From Bacillota bacterium (GTDB lineage Bacteria > Bacillota > Sulfobacillia > Sulfobacillales > JAIMBI01), in NCBI GenBank assembly GCA_021818685.1, contig JAKATP010000005.1, forward strand, positions 1 to 54,188: a stretch of 54,188 bases of DNA, in the 5' to 3' direction. Below, in pieces: positions 1 to 8,795 of this stretch. The notes beneath the pieces were generated by a model, which was not told the DNA's origin, did no database searches, and saw nothing but the letters and a program-made list of their open reading frames with translations. Numbering within the stretch: the stretch's first letter is position 1; each line of letters starts with the position of its first letter. The position numbers and the translations under genes were made by a program.

Positions 1-225
1 CGTCATCGCCCCGATGCGGATGCCGTCCGCGATCTCCGTGATCCCCTGGAGCTCCTCCACCCGTCCGAGGTCGATGAGGCGCTCCGGTGTCGCGAGTTCC
101 ATCTTCATGAGGGGCAGGAGACTCATGCCCCCGGCCAGTACCCGGGCTTCCGGGTACTCGGCCAGGTCGTGGAGCGCGTCGGCAAGCGCCGTCGGACGCG
201 CGTACTCAAACCGCGTCATGGTCAT
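1..225 (-). CDS. FAD-binding medium subunit of xanthine dehydrogenase/CoxM family (runs off window start)
   Basis: Not in ORF track. Manual translation MTMTRFEYARPTALADALHDLAEYPEARVLAGGMSLLPLMK...LIDLGRV...IRIGAMT with the LAGG FAD motif; GGAGG RBS; overlaps the large subunit stop. Confidence 0.88.
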   Translation of the reverse strand, partial: MTMTRFEYARPTALADALHDLAEYPEARVLAGGMSLLPLMKMELATPERLIDLGRVEELQGITEIADGIRIGAMT

Positions 226-2581
226 GGTTTCTGCCTCCGACTCCTTTCTCCGCGTCGCGAATGGCGCGCCACACCCGCTCGGGCGTGAACGGCATAGACA
301 GATCGGAGATCCCGAGCGGTGAGAGCGCGTCCAGCACCGCGTTCACCACCGTGGGGGTGGCCGCGATGGTGCCCGTCTCGCCCACGCCCTTCACACCGAG
401 TGGATTGTGCGGGGACGGCGTCTCCGTATGCAGCACTTCGATGGGCGGCAGGAAGCGCGCCTTTGGCAAGGCGTAGTCCATGAGGGAGGCGGAGAGAAGC
501 TGGCCCGTCTCGTCGTACACGGCCCCCTCCCACAGTGCCTGCCCGATTCCCTGCACGATGCCGCCGCGCACTTGTCCCTCCACGATCATAGGATTGATGA
601 GCGGTCCGCAGTCATCGACGGCGATGTAGCGCAGGACCCGCACCTCACCCGTCTCCCGGGCCACCTCCACCACGGCGGCATGGGTTCCGAAGGGATAGGT
701 GAAGTTGGCGGGATCATAGGATGCCTGGGCTTCGAGCCCCGGCTCTACCCCTGCCGGCAGGCTCCAGGCAAGGTGCGCCTTCAGCGCCACCTCCGCGAAA
801 CTCACGGAACGGTCGGGCGCGCCCCGCACGGAAAAACGGCCCCCGTCGAACGTGATGTCGGCCACGTCGGCTTCCAGTGTATGCGCGGCGATGCGACCCG
901 CCTTGTCGATGACGCGGTCGAGCGCCATCGCCAGGGCCCCGCCGCCGACGGCGGTCGAGCGGGACCCGTAGGTGCCCCAGCCCATCGAGACCTGATCCGT
1001 GTCACCGTGCATGATCTCGATATCTTCCAGCGGACACCCGAGGCGATCCGAGACGACTTGCGCAAACGTCGTCTCCTCGCCCTGTCCGTGCGGCGAGATG
1101 CCGGTCATGACCATGACCTTGCCGGTGGGAAGAATCCGCACCAGGGCGTGCTCCCAGAGTCCGCCCTGAAATCCCACCGCGCCGGCCACCTCGGAGGGGC
1201 CCAGTCCGCACATCTCCACGTAGGTGGTCACGCCAAGGCCCAGAAGACGCCCCTCCCGCCGGGCGGCTGTTTGCTCTTCGCGAAAGCGAGGTAGGTCGAG
1301 GGCCTGCAGCGCCAGGTCCAGCGCCGCCTGATATCGTCCCGAGTCGTACGTGATGGAAAACGCATTGGTATACGGGAACTGCTCGTCACGTATGAGATTC
1401 TTTCGGCGCACCGCGATGGGGTCCATTCCAATCTCGCGGGCAAAGGCGTCCACGAGGCGCTCGATGAGGAAGGTCGCCTCGGGACGTCCCGCACCGCGGT
1501 ACGCGTCGACCGGCGTCGTGTTGGTATAGACACCCATCACCTCTACCGACGCGCGCGGGATATCGTAGGCCCCCGTGACGATGAGACCGAACAGGATGGT
1601 CGGCACACCGGGAGCGGCCGTCGATAGGTAGGCGCCGAGATTGGCGAGCGCCTTGACCCGCACGGCGGTGATGGTGCCATCACGACGTCCGGCCAGTTCC
1701 ACCTCCTCGACATGGTCGCGTCCGTGGGTCGTGGCAACGAAGTGCTCCTGCCGTTCTTCGACCCACTTCACTGGCCGACGGAGCTCGCGAGCCGCGAACG
1801 AGACCAGGACCTCGTCTGGATAGCAGGCGATCTTGCTGCCGAATCCGCCGCCCACATCCTGGGCGATGACGCGCACGCGGTGCTCAGGCATGTTCAGTAC
1901 GCTCGACACCAGGAGCCGGTGAATGTGCGGATTCTGACTCGTGGCCCAGAGGGTCAGCGACTCCTGGCCAGGGTCGTATTCGGCCACCGCAGCCCGCGGC
2001 TCCATCGGATTCGGGATGAGGCGCTGCTGTACGATAGTGCGCCGGACCGTCACCTCAGCCGTCCGGAAGGCGTCGCTCACGTCTACCCCCGCCCGCCAGT
2101 GGAGCGCGAGGTTGGTCGGCAGGCTGTCGTGAACGCGCGGGGCATTCTCGCGGAGGGCGTCAGTGACTGACACCACCGCCGGCAGCACGTCGTAATCGAC
2201 CTCGATGAGATTCCGCGCCTCCCGTGCCGCCTCCAGCGAGTCGGCCACCACCATGGCGACGGCATCGCCGACGTAGCGCACCGTGTCTAAAGCCAGCGCC
2301 GGGTGTTCCGTCACGGCCAGATCGGAGCCCGGCGGGAGCCAGGCGGTGGGAATGGGTGCGATCCGTCCGACGAGGTCGCGGCCGGTGTAGATGGCGTGGA
2401 CGCCAGGGTAGGCTCGCGCCCGCTCCGTCGTCAGGGAGCGGATGCGGGCATGAGCGTGCGGGCTTCGCAGCATGATGGCATAGAGCTGTCCCGGGCGGAC
2501 CATATCCGCCGTGTAGCGGCCACGGCCGGTCATGAGGCGGACGTCCTCTCGCCGCGGCACCGATTGTCCTAGGACGGCCAT
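206..2581 (-). CDS. Molybdopterin-binding large subunit, CoxL/CutL-like (form II CODH-like / xanthine dehydrogenase family)
   Basis: R.ED.RL.TG.G.Y, GGGFGSK, AYRGAGRPEA active-site loop, GVKGVGE.G; 791 aa. Confidence 0.93.
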   Translation of the reverse strand: MAVLGQSVPRREDVRLMTGRGRYTADMVRPGQLYAIMLRSPHAHARIRSLTTERARAYPGVHAIYTGRDLVGRIAPIPTAWLPPGSDLAVTEHPALALDTVRYVGDAVAMVVADSLEAAREARNLIEVDYDVLPAVVSVTDALRENAPRVHDSLPTNLALHWRAGVDVSDAFRTAEVTVRRTIVQQRLIPNPMEPRAAVAEYDPGQESLTLWATSQNPHIHRLLVSSVLNMPEHRVRVIAQDVGGGFGSKIACYPDEVLVSFAARELRRPVKWVEERQEHFVATTHGRDHVEEVELAGRRDGTITAVRVKALANLGAYLSTAAPGVPTILFGLIVTGAYDIPRASVEVMGVYTNTTPVDAYRGAGRPEATFLIERLVDAFAREIGMDPIAVRRKNLIRDEQFPYTNAFSITYDSGRYQAALDLALQALDLPRFREEQTAARREGRLLGLGVTTYVEMCGLGPSEVAGAVGFQGGLWEHALVRILPTGKVMVMTGISPHGQGEETTFAQVVSDRLGCPLEDIEIMHGDTDQVSMGWGTYGSRSTAVGGGALAMALDRVIDKAGRIAAHTLEADVADITFDGGRFSVRGAPDRSVSFAEVALKAHLAWSLPAGVEPGLEAQASYDPANFTYPFGTHAAVVEVARETGEVRVLRYIAVDDCGPLINPMIVEGQVRGGIVQGIGQALWEGAVYDETGQLLSASLMDYALPKARFLPPIEVLHTETPSPHNPLGVKGVGETGTIAATPTVVNAVLDALSPLGISDLSMPFTPERVWRAIRDAEKGVGGRNHDHDAV

Positions 2582-3084
2582 ATCGCATCACCTCCTGCCG
2601 CGGCCTGGATGGACTCGGCCGCTTCCGAGATAGCCGCCACGATATTCTCGTAACCCGTGCAGCGGCAGAGAACACCATCTAGACCCGCACGGATTTCCGA
2701 TGGGGAGGGCCGGGGGGTCTCGCGGAGAAGTCCCGCGGCCGTCATCAGAACCCCGGGGGTGCAAAAGCCGCATTGGAGAGCATGGCGTGCCTGAAAGGCG
2801 GCTTGAAGGGGGTGGAGACCCTCGGGCCGCGCCAGCCCCTCGACCGTGACGACGCGGCTTTTATCGAGCGACACGGCCAAGACGGTGCAGGCCTTGACCG
2901 ACAGTCCGTCGACGAGGACGGTACAGGCCCCGCACTGGCTCGTGTCACAGCCGACGTGGGTGCCGGTAAGACGGAGGTGCTCCCGCAGGTATTCGCTGAG
3001 GAGCAGGTTGGCGGGCAGCGATTCGACGCGCGTTTCACCATTGACGGTCAGGGTTACGGCAGTCGGGGAAACCGGGTCTGGCAT
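2569..3084 (-). CDS. (2Fe-2S)-binding small subunit, CoxS-like
   Basis: GCDTSQCGACTV, QCGFCTPG and LCRCTGY motifs; start MPDP follows an AAGGAGG RBS. Confidence 0.93.
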   Translation of the reverse strand: MPDPVSPTAVTLTVNGETRVESLPANLLLSEYLREHLRLTGTHVGCDTSQCGACTVLVDGLSVKACTVLAVSLDKSRVVTVEGLARPEGLHPLQAAFQARHALQCGFCTPGVLMTAAGLLRETPRPSPSEIRAGLDGVLCRCTGYENIVAAISEAAESIQAAAGGDAIWPS

Positions 3085-4084
3085 GGAGAATACCTCCTTG
3101 CACGGTGTGGCACTAAGTGGAAGTGCCTTCAAGCAGTGGCGTCAAGCAGTGCTGTCACTATGTTGTCATGCCTCCTGGCGAGGCCGTCGAGACAGCGAAC
3201 CAAAGACCCCGGGGACGTTTGTCGCGCCCACGATGAGCAGGGACGGGAGCTTGGCTCCAGATTACCATATATGGCCACTTTTGGAGTTTCCGGTCCACGG
3301 TTAACGCATCAATTTGCGCAGGGTGCCGTCTCGGAGATGAAGGCTGTAAAGGTTGGCCCTCACAACTTCGGCGTCGTCACCCAGCCGAGTCAAAACGACC
3401 GTCAGGATTGGCGGCCGACCATCTAGGCACTGCGGCAAGCCGACGAGGAGGATCCCGATAGAACTCGACTCGGGAGCTGACCGGCCTACGGCCCGATTCC
3501 GCGCGGCGATAACAAACGGTCACATCTTCGGGAGGTCGGAGTTATGTTCACCGGTTGGATCCGGCAAGCCATATCCATCGATGTAAGGCTCGCGCTACCC
3601 TTCCCTTCCCGCGGGGGGTGGCGGAGGCGGGGACGCCGAGGGGTCCGGTTCATGGCGGATCCGACCGAGAGGGGTCACGCCCAAGCCCGCACTCCTCTCC
3701 GTGCGACCCGTCTTTCCGTCAAACCCGTCGGACCGAGCCTCCTGGCCAGCTTTCCCGTGCTCGTCATCTATGGACGGTCTGACAATCGCGAGAGGACGGT
3801 GGTCGCCCCACTGCCTTCCAGAATGTTCTCCCCCATCGTTTACGCAGGACGGCGACATGGACTTCTTCTCGTCGGAGGACGAGGAGCGTCGTGTCGGATG
3901 CGTCGACCAAGGCGGTGCCGGCTTGGCCGGACCCGTCAGCAACCGGAGAGTATGCGAGCAACAATGTCAGCGCCCGCGAGGGCGAACACTTCGAGGGCAA
4001 GCCCGATTAGGAATAGACGCCTCCCAGTCTGGATACTGTTTCGGTGCACCCGAGAAAGACGAGACGGTGCCGGCCAGCCCGTGC

Positions 4085-4405
4085 GCGCGGTCTCGCGGAG
4101 GAGCCCCGTCATCAGGCGCCGGGGTGAAAAAGCCGCATAGGACGGCCTGGCGCGCCTGGGAAGCGGCGTGAACGGGGAGCGGAGCCCCTCGGGCTCGGGA
4201 GCTCCTCGATGGCGGCGACCCGGCCAAGACAGTGCAAGCCTGGCGCGACCGGCCGTTTGGAAAGGACGGTGCAGTCCCCGTCCTGGCACGGCTCGCAGCC
4301 GATGTGCGTATCGGTGAGACGGAGACGCTCCCGCCGGTATTCGCGAAGGAGCAACATGGCGGAGAGTGATAGGACGCACGTTTCACCATTGACGGTCAGG
4401 GTCAT
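4085..4405 (-). pseudogene. Decayed, frameshifted duplicate of the neighbouring coxS-like gene
   Basis: 24-nt exact match of 4379-4402 with 3031-3054. CoxS-like pieces lie in three frames: TLTVNGET..LLLREY..RLRLTDTHIGCEPCQDGDCTVL, then QACTVLA..QARQAVLCGFFTP, then GLLRET. Confidence 0.8.
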
Positions 4406-4671
4406 CCCGTCGCGAAAATCGAGTTTCGCAGGGAGCGTGTTTCCCGGCCCGGTTTGACACGGTCAGGGAGTGCCTGTCAACGCGTTGCAAGGCCCACGGG
4501 CGAGGCCGTACGCGACGGCGGGTCAAAGACCGATGCGACGCTTGCGTACCCCGGTTAAGGCCGATTTCGGGGTCTTCGGTCCGGGCGGGACGCGTCCAGT
4601 GCGCATGGTGCGCGTCTTGGCGATGAAAGCTAGAGCAGGCGCGACCAAGCCAACCAGATGGAGGAAAAGCC

Positions 4672-4872
4672 ATGCGTGTCCGAGTGCACGGGGGAATCGA
4701 TCCCGAGGTACCACGGCGGTTTCACGAATATCTGAAGCACAGCGACGCACGGTACGAAGGGTGGGTCACACCGGAAATCCCGGAATTCTACCAGGTCAGC
4801 GTGGACTATCTGGATCCGTTTCGGGAGCTGGCGGCGACTTTTGGCCTTGACGTGGAACCGCACCAGAGTTGA
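4672..4872 (+). CDS. Small hypothetical protein (66 aa)
   Basis: GGAGG RBS upstream of ATG and protein-like composition; its 3' end overlaps the convergent gene. Confidence 0.55.
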   Translation: MRVRVHGGIDPEVPRRFHEYLKHSDARYEGWVTPEIPEFYQVSVDYLDPFRELAATFGLDVEPHQS

Positions 4873-5158
4873 TCCGGGGCACCAGCTCGGATTCCAGGGC
4901 GAAACGCATCACGGCGGCGGGGTCAGCGGACACGACGAACACTTCCTGTACAGCGGATGGCGAGCGGGCCAGGAGTTTCACCCCTGTCGTCGTTTCATAT
5001 TGCACCGACCATCCCGTGGTGCCTCCCCGCTTGCGACGGATAGGACCGGGAATCACGGAGTTCACAAACTCGCATCCGGCCAACAGGGTGAGCCCGGCCT
5101 CGATGGCCGGGAGCACGGCGTGTTCCCGCTTTACCTTGTGATGGCGGAATTTTGCCAT
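4796..5158 (-). CDS. DUF2103-like putative metal-binding protein
   Basis: K.KREHAVL..., VIPGPI, T.TGVKLLARS.SAVQEVFVV pattern; start overlaps the NUDIX stop. Confidence 0.65.
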   Translation of the reverse strand: MAKFRHHKVKREHAVLPAIEAGLTLLAGCEFVNSVIPGPIRRKRGGTTGWSVQYETTTGVKLLARSPSAVQEVFVVSADPAAVMRFALESELVPRINSGAVPRQGQKSPPAPETDPDSPR

Positions 5159-5688
5159 CACGGGGCCACCCTGCGGGCGAAGTAGGCGCGGAGGGCGTCC
5201 CGGGTGCTCCCGAAGGCGATTTGATCCCAGGGAATGTCGGACTCGACAAAGGCCCGGATTTCAAAACACTCGTCGCTCTCGGAAAGAAGCGTGCCCCCGG
5301 CCGGACGGGCGAGGTACACGACGACCGCCACCGCAGACGGCCGGTAAGCGTACACGTCCAGGACCCCCTCCAGAGCCACCGACAGACCGGTTTCTTCGCG
5401 GGTTTCCCGGCGGGCGGCATCGGCGACTGTCTCGCCCCGCTCGGCATAGCCGCCTGGCAGCACCCAGTGACCAAAACCGGGGTTAATCGACCGCCGGGTG
5501 AGCAGCACGGCGTCCTGCCCCATGTCGACGAGCACGCTTGCGCCCACGCGGAGGTTCTGGTACATCACGTAACCGCAATGCGGACAGATGAGTCGTGCGT
5601 GGCCCAGGACTGACCTGCGTTGGAGGCGGCCGCCGCAGGCTTCGCAGAACCGTGCTTCGAAACCGGGTGGGCGTATGCCGAGGCTCAC
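5158..5688 (-). CDS. NUDIX hydrolase with N-terminal zinc ribbon
   Basis: CEACG...CPHCG; Nudix box PGGYAERGETVADAARRETREETGL. Confidence 0.92.
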   Translation of the reverse strand: MSLGIRPPGFEARFCEACGGRLQRRSVLGHARLICPHCGYVMYQNLRVGASVLVDMGQDAVLLTRRSINPGFGHWVLPGGYAERGETVADAARRETREETGLSVALEGVLDVYAYRPSAVAVVVYLARPAGGTLLSESDECFEIRAFVESDIPWDQIAFGSTRDALRAYFARRVAP

Positions 5689-6428
5689 GACGCCGCCTCC
5701 CCCATGTGCAAGCCCAAGCGTTCGCCGGCCGTCAGCACGTGAACGACGATGGGGGAGCGGCCGGAGCGCGCGCCCGCTCCGCGTGCGTCCACGACGGTCA
5801 CAGTTCCAGAACCCAAAACTTCAAGCTCTTGGGATTCCGGGTACCAGCAAGCGGCCGTATTTTCATCGAGACCGACCCCAACCCGGTCCGGATGCGCAAT
5901 GACGGCGGTCAGGAGGCGGGGGAGGCGACGCCGCTCTGAGAAATGTTGATCGACGATGGCGTCGGGCCAGAAGCCGAGCCCTTCCGCAAACTGAAGGCCC
6001 GCGGGATCGAGAGGAGAGCGTGCCGATCCACCCGCGAGCATCACCCGCGACAGGGCGGCGGCGCCAGCGCTGGATCCGGCCACGGGCGCGCCGCCAGCCC
6101 AGCAAGCAAGGATCCGGGGAAGAAGCGGGCTGATGCCGGCCACGAGGCGCGCCTGGTCGCCGCCGCTAAAAAAGATACCGGTAATCTCGGGCCACCAGTC
6201 GGCGACGGGGCCCGACCCGTCCGGGTCGTCGGCCCAGTGGACCTGGCGGGCGCCGAGCCGCCGGAAGGTATCGGCGTAACGGCCATAAGCGTGGGCGGCG
6301 TCCAACGAGGCGCCGGCGATGACGGCAATGACCGGATCCCGGCCCGTCAGATTCAAAAACGTGCGCAGTACGGCGGGATCCCCTTCGTGCGACTCCGCTC
6401 CGCCGATGGCCAGCACCATGCCCGGCAT
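5685..6428 (-). CDS. Cyanophycinase / peptidase S51 family
   Basis: LAIGGAE, FFSGGDQ, GSSAGAAA nucleophile, IVDQHF, GVGLDENTA. Confidence 0.88.
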   Translation of the reverse strand: MPGMVLAIGGAESHEGDPAVLRTFLNLTGRDPVIAVIAGASLDAAHAYGRYADTFRRLGARQVHWADDPDGSGPVADWWPEITGIFFSGGDQARLVAGISPLLPRILACWAGGAPVAGSSAGAAALSRVMLAGGSARSPLDPAGLQFAEGLGFWPDAIVDQHFSERRRLPRLLTAVIAHPDRVGVGLDENTAACWYPESQELEVLGSGTVTVVDARGAGARSGRSPIVVHVLTAGERLGLHMGEAAS

Positions 6429-6522
6429 GACTCACCCCCCGGATTGCGGTTCGCGCCTACGGCACCTGATCCCTGTATGCTCCGGCACGCCCAATATTGC
6501 CAGAGATGGGAAGCGTGGACGG

Positions 6523-7167
6523 CTAGTCGGCCTGGGAGCGGTGATCTCCGGGCTCGGGAAGATTGGTCCAGGGGGTGACGATCATTTGACCATGCTCGAC
6601 CCGGGCCACTTCGGCCCGGGGGGCCGACTCGCCCGGGGGAATCGCCCATATGCTGCCGATGCGTATCTGACTCGGTTCGAACCGCAGGGCGTAGATCGCG
6701 GCGCTTTCACGGTCAGGCTGCCCGGCCATGACCAGGCCGCGCAGGCGCCCGAGTACAAACACGTCGCCTCCGGAAATAACCCGCGCCCCGGGGTTTACGT
6801 CGCCTGCGACGACAATGTCGGCGGCGTGCTCCACGACCTGTCCGGATCGCAGTGTCATGCGCACGATGAGGGCCCCTTCGGGTGCAACCGCCGGCACCGC
6901 CTTCGGCGCGGCTTTCTGACCCTCTTGTACGACTCCGGCCAGCTTCAACGCCGGAAATGCATCGAAGTGGTGGGCGACGCCGCCTAACAGACGCTCGGAG
7001 AGGGGGAGGCCTGAAACCTCCACCACCAGCTCCGAACGCCCGAAAAACTGATGGTGACGCTCCAGCGTGCGCTGAAGGTCTTCCAGCAGCTCTTCTTCAC
7101 CCGAGAAACCGTGGGCTAGGATGCGAAGCCCGCGGCGATCGCCCTTGATATCCAAAAGATCCTCCAA
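6523..7167 (-). CDS. minC: Septum site-determining protein MinC
   Basis: IKGDRRGL N-terminus; TLRSGQ..GDVNPGA.VISGG.V.VLG.LRG...AG beta-helix. TTG start is approximate. Confidence 0.88.
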   Translation of the reverse strand: MEDLLDIKGDRRGLRILAHGFSGEEELLEDLQRTLERHHQFFGRSELVVEVSGLPLSERLLGGVAHHFDAFPALKLAGVVQEGQKAAPKAVPAVAPEGALIVRMTLRSGQVVEHAADIVVAGDVNPGARVISGGDVFVLGRLRGLVMAGQPDRESAAIYALRFEPSQIRIGSIWAIPPGESAPRAEVARVEHGQMIVTPWTNLPEPGDHRSQAD

Positions 7168-7586
7168 AAGTCTGTCTAGCCCTATCGTTCCACGCCTAAG
7201 CGCGGAGATCCTGCCGGCACGCGTCGAAGTGGTCGGACACGTCGAAAGGCGAGGGCGGGCGAAGGGTGCGTCGGAGGTGCGGTTCGCCTGCGAAATTTGT
7301 TGGATTCTCATAGGCGGCCCTCTGGTACCGGGGGGTCCCGAAGCCCGAAGACGTTCATCGGGAAGAGGAGCGGCTTTCGTGCCGGGGAGAAGAACGGCCT
7401 TGAGCCGGACTTTCGTCCTGCGGACGCGGACCGGACCTGCCTTGAGGCTGCTTGTTGTCGAACTGGGCTGTCGATAGTCTCGAGTGCGCCCTCTAAGGCT
7501 CTCTGGCCGGCGGGGCGAAGCCGCGGCGCGGTCCGCTCGCCATCGGGGCACCCGTCGCCTTTGTCACGGGATGGCCTTTGACCTCG

Positions 7587-8651
7587 CTAGGACGCGCGCT
7601 CGATAAGCGGAGTCAGCAGAGGCACACTCGGGCTCCCGGCATGGCCGAGATAAGGAAGATGCCAGGCGGCCTCGATGGTCTTCAGGATGCTGTAGTGATC
7701 CGCCCAGAGGGCGATACGTTTGTGCCGTGGGCCATCGCGGGCGATGACGATGAGGGGAACGTTGCCTCCTCCCAGTCGGCCAAGCACGGGCAGGCCCGCC
7801 AGGAGCAGCGGGGCTTCGGGACCCGGCGCCATGTACGCGCGCAGCGCCCCCGGCTGAAGCGTCGGCGCGCCGCCGCCTTCGTCCCAGACCACGAATACCA
7901 CCGCGTTGCCGTGCCAGGCGGGCGAATGGAGGATGCGGGGAATCCAGGCGGCCAAAAAGCTGTTGCCGTCGCGAATCAGGCGGCTCTTCTGGCTTTCGGG
8001 GCAGGCGGGATGGCGGCCGCCCGCCTGGCCATGCATGTCGTTACAGAGATTCGGCGTCAGAAACACGAAGCGGGGAACCGCGCCGGATGTGAGTTCGGCG
8101 GCCAAGACCGAGAGCGGCACCACATGCTGGCGGTCGTGCGCCCGCAGGTTTCGAAACAGCATGAACGGATCGTGCTTCTCCGCATAGAGCGTGGGGGCCG
8201 CCTCACTCGCTCCCGGCGACCAGGCGCCCGCGAAGCCGGTGTGCGGGAGACTTTCCATCACGGCTTGCCAGGAGATGCCTGCCTGATTGAGCTCGCTGGC
8301 CAGCGTCGGGCCTGAAAAACGCTGCGCGGGCGAGTCGCTGTGACTGCCGAATGTTCGCCCCGCGATGAGGGCTACGTAATTCGGGAGACTCGGGTGCGTG
8401 ACGCCGTAGTACGCGCTGTCATACGCGTACTGGCGGGCCAGGGAGCGGATGTAAGACGCACGCGGGTTTGCAAGGAGGGTGTCGGCACTTTGGTTCTCCA
8501 TCACGATAACGAATACGTGCGAAAAGGGCCTGGGGGCGCCGGCGGTCGGAGGCGCCGGATGGGTCTGCGGCCGCAGGACAATGGCCAAGTAGACCGCCAA
8601 CGCCAGTCCCAACACCGCGACGGCGATGAGAATCGTCCAGACCCGCCTCAC
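7587..8651 (-). CDS. Secreted/membrane-anchored phosphoesterase (acid phosphatase / phospholipase C family)
   Basis: N-terminal TM segment; HVFVIVMEN, THPSLPNY, KHDPF, TPNLCNDMH, DHYSILKTIE. Confidence 0.88.
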   Translation of the reverse strand: MRRVWTILIAVAVLGLALAVYLAIVLRPQTHPAPPTAGAPRPFSHVFVIVMENQSADTLLANPRASYIRSLARQYAYDSAYYGVTHPSLPNYVALIAGRTFGSHSDSPAQRFSGPTLASELNQAGISWQAVMESLPHTGFAGAWSPGASEAAPTLYAEKHDPFMLFRNLRAHDRQHVVPLSVLAAELTSGAVPRFVFLTPNLCNDMHGQAGGRHPACPESQKSRLIRDGNSFLAAWIPRILHSPAWHGNAVVFVVWDEGGGAPTLQPGALRAYMAPGPEAPLLLAGLPVLGRLGGGNVPLIVIARDGPRHKRIALWADHYSILKTIEAAWHLPYLGHAGSPSVPLLTPLIERAS

Positions 8652-8795
8652 CGCTCACCTCCCCCGACCGATTCCAAGATATCATTGACCGTCATGCACG
8701 CGCGTCCGCGCCCACGTCGGCCGCCTGGGATACCTGCCGCGGCGAACCTCGGGGCTGAAGCCGACGCGCCCGGCTTCACCCTGAAGCGGGGATTC

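Noticed and set aside
3235-3340. Moco riboswitch upstream of the molybdoenzyme operon
   Set aside because: The minus strand has CTCCGAG, GGAAAC and CTCCCGT fragments but lacks the closing GAAAGGAG and the expected stems; not supportable without cmscan.
4454-4480. TTGACA-N15-TGTCAA inverted repeat as IS end or operator
   Set aside because: Only 6-bp arms with no transposase or partner end; it could be chance or divergent -35 boxes.
7400-7435. Hammerhead ribozyme (GTCC-GCA-GGAC-GAAA on minus strand)
   Set aside because: No CUGANGA core precedes the stem.
7168-7551. Long N-terminal extension of MinC in the ORF track
   Set aside because: The translation is not protein-like; MinC similarity begins near 7167.
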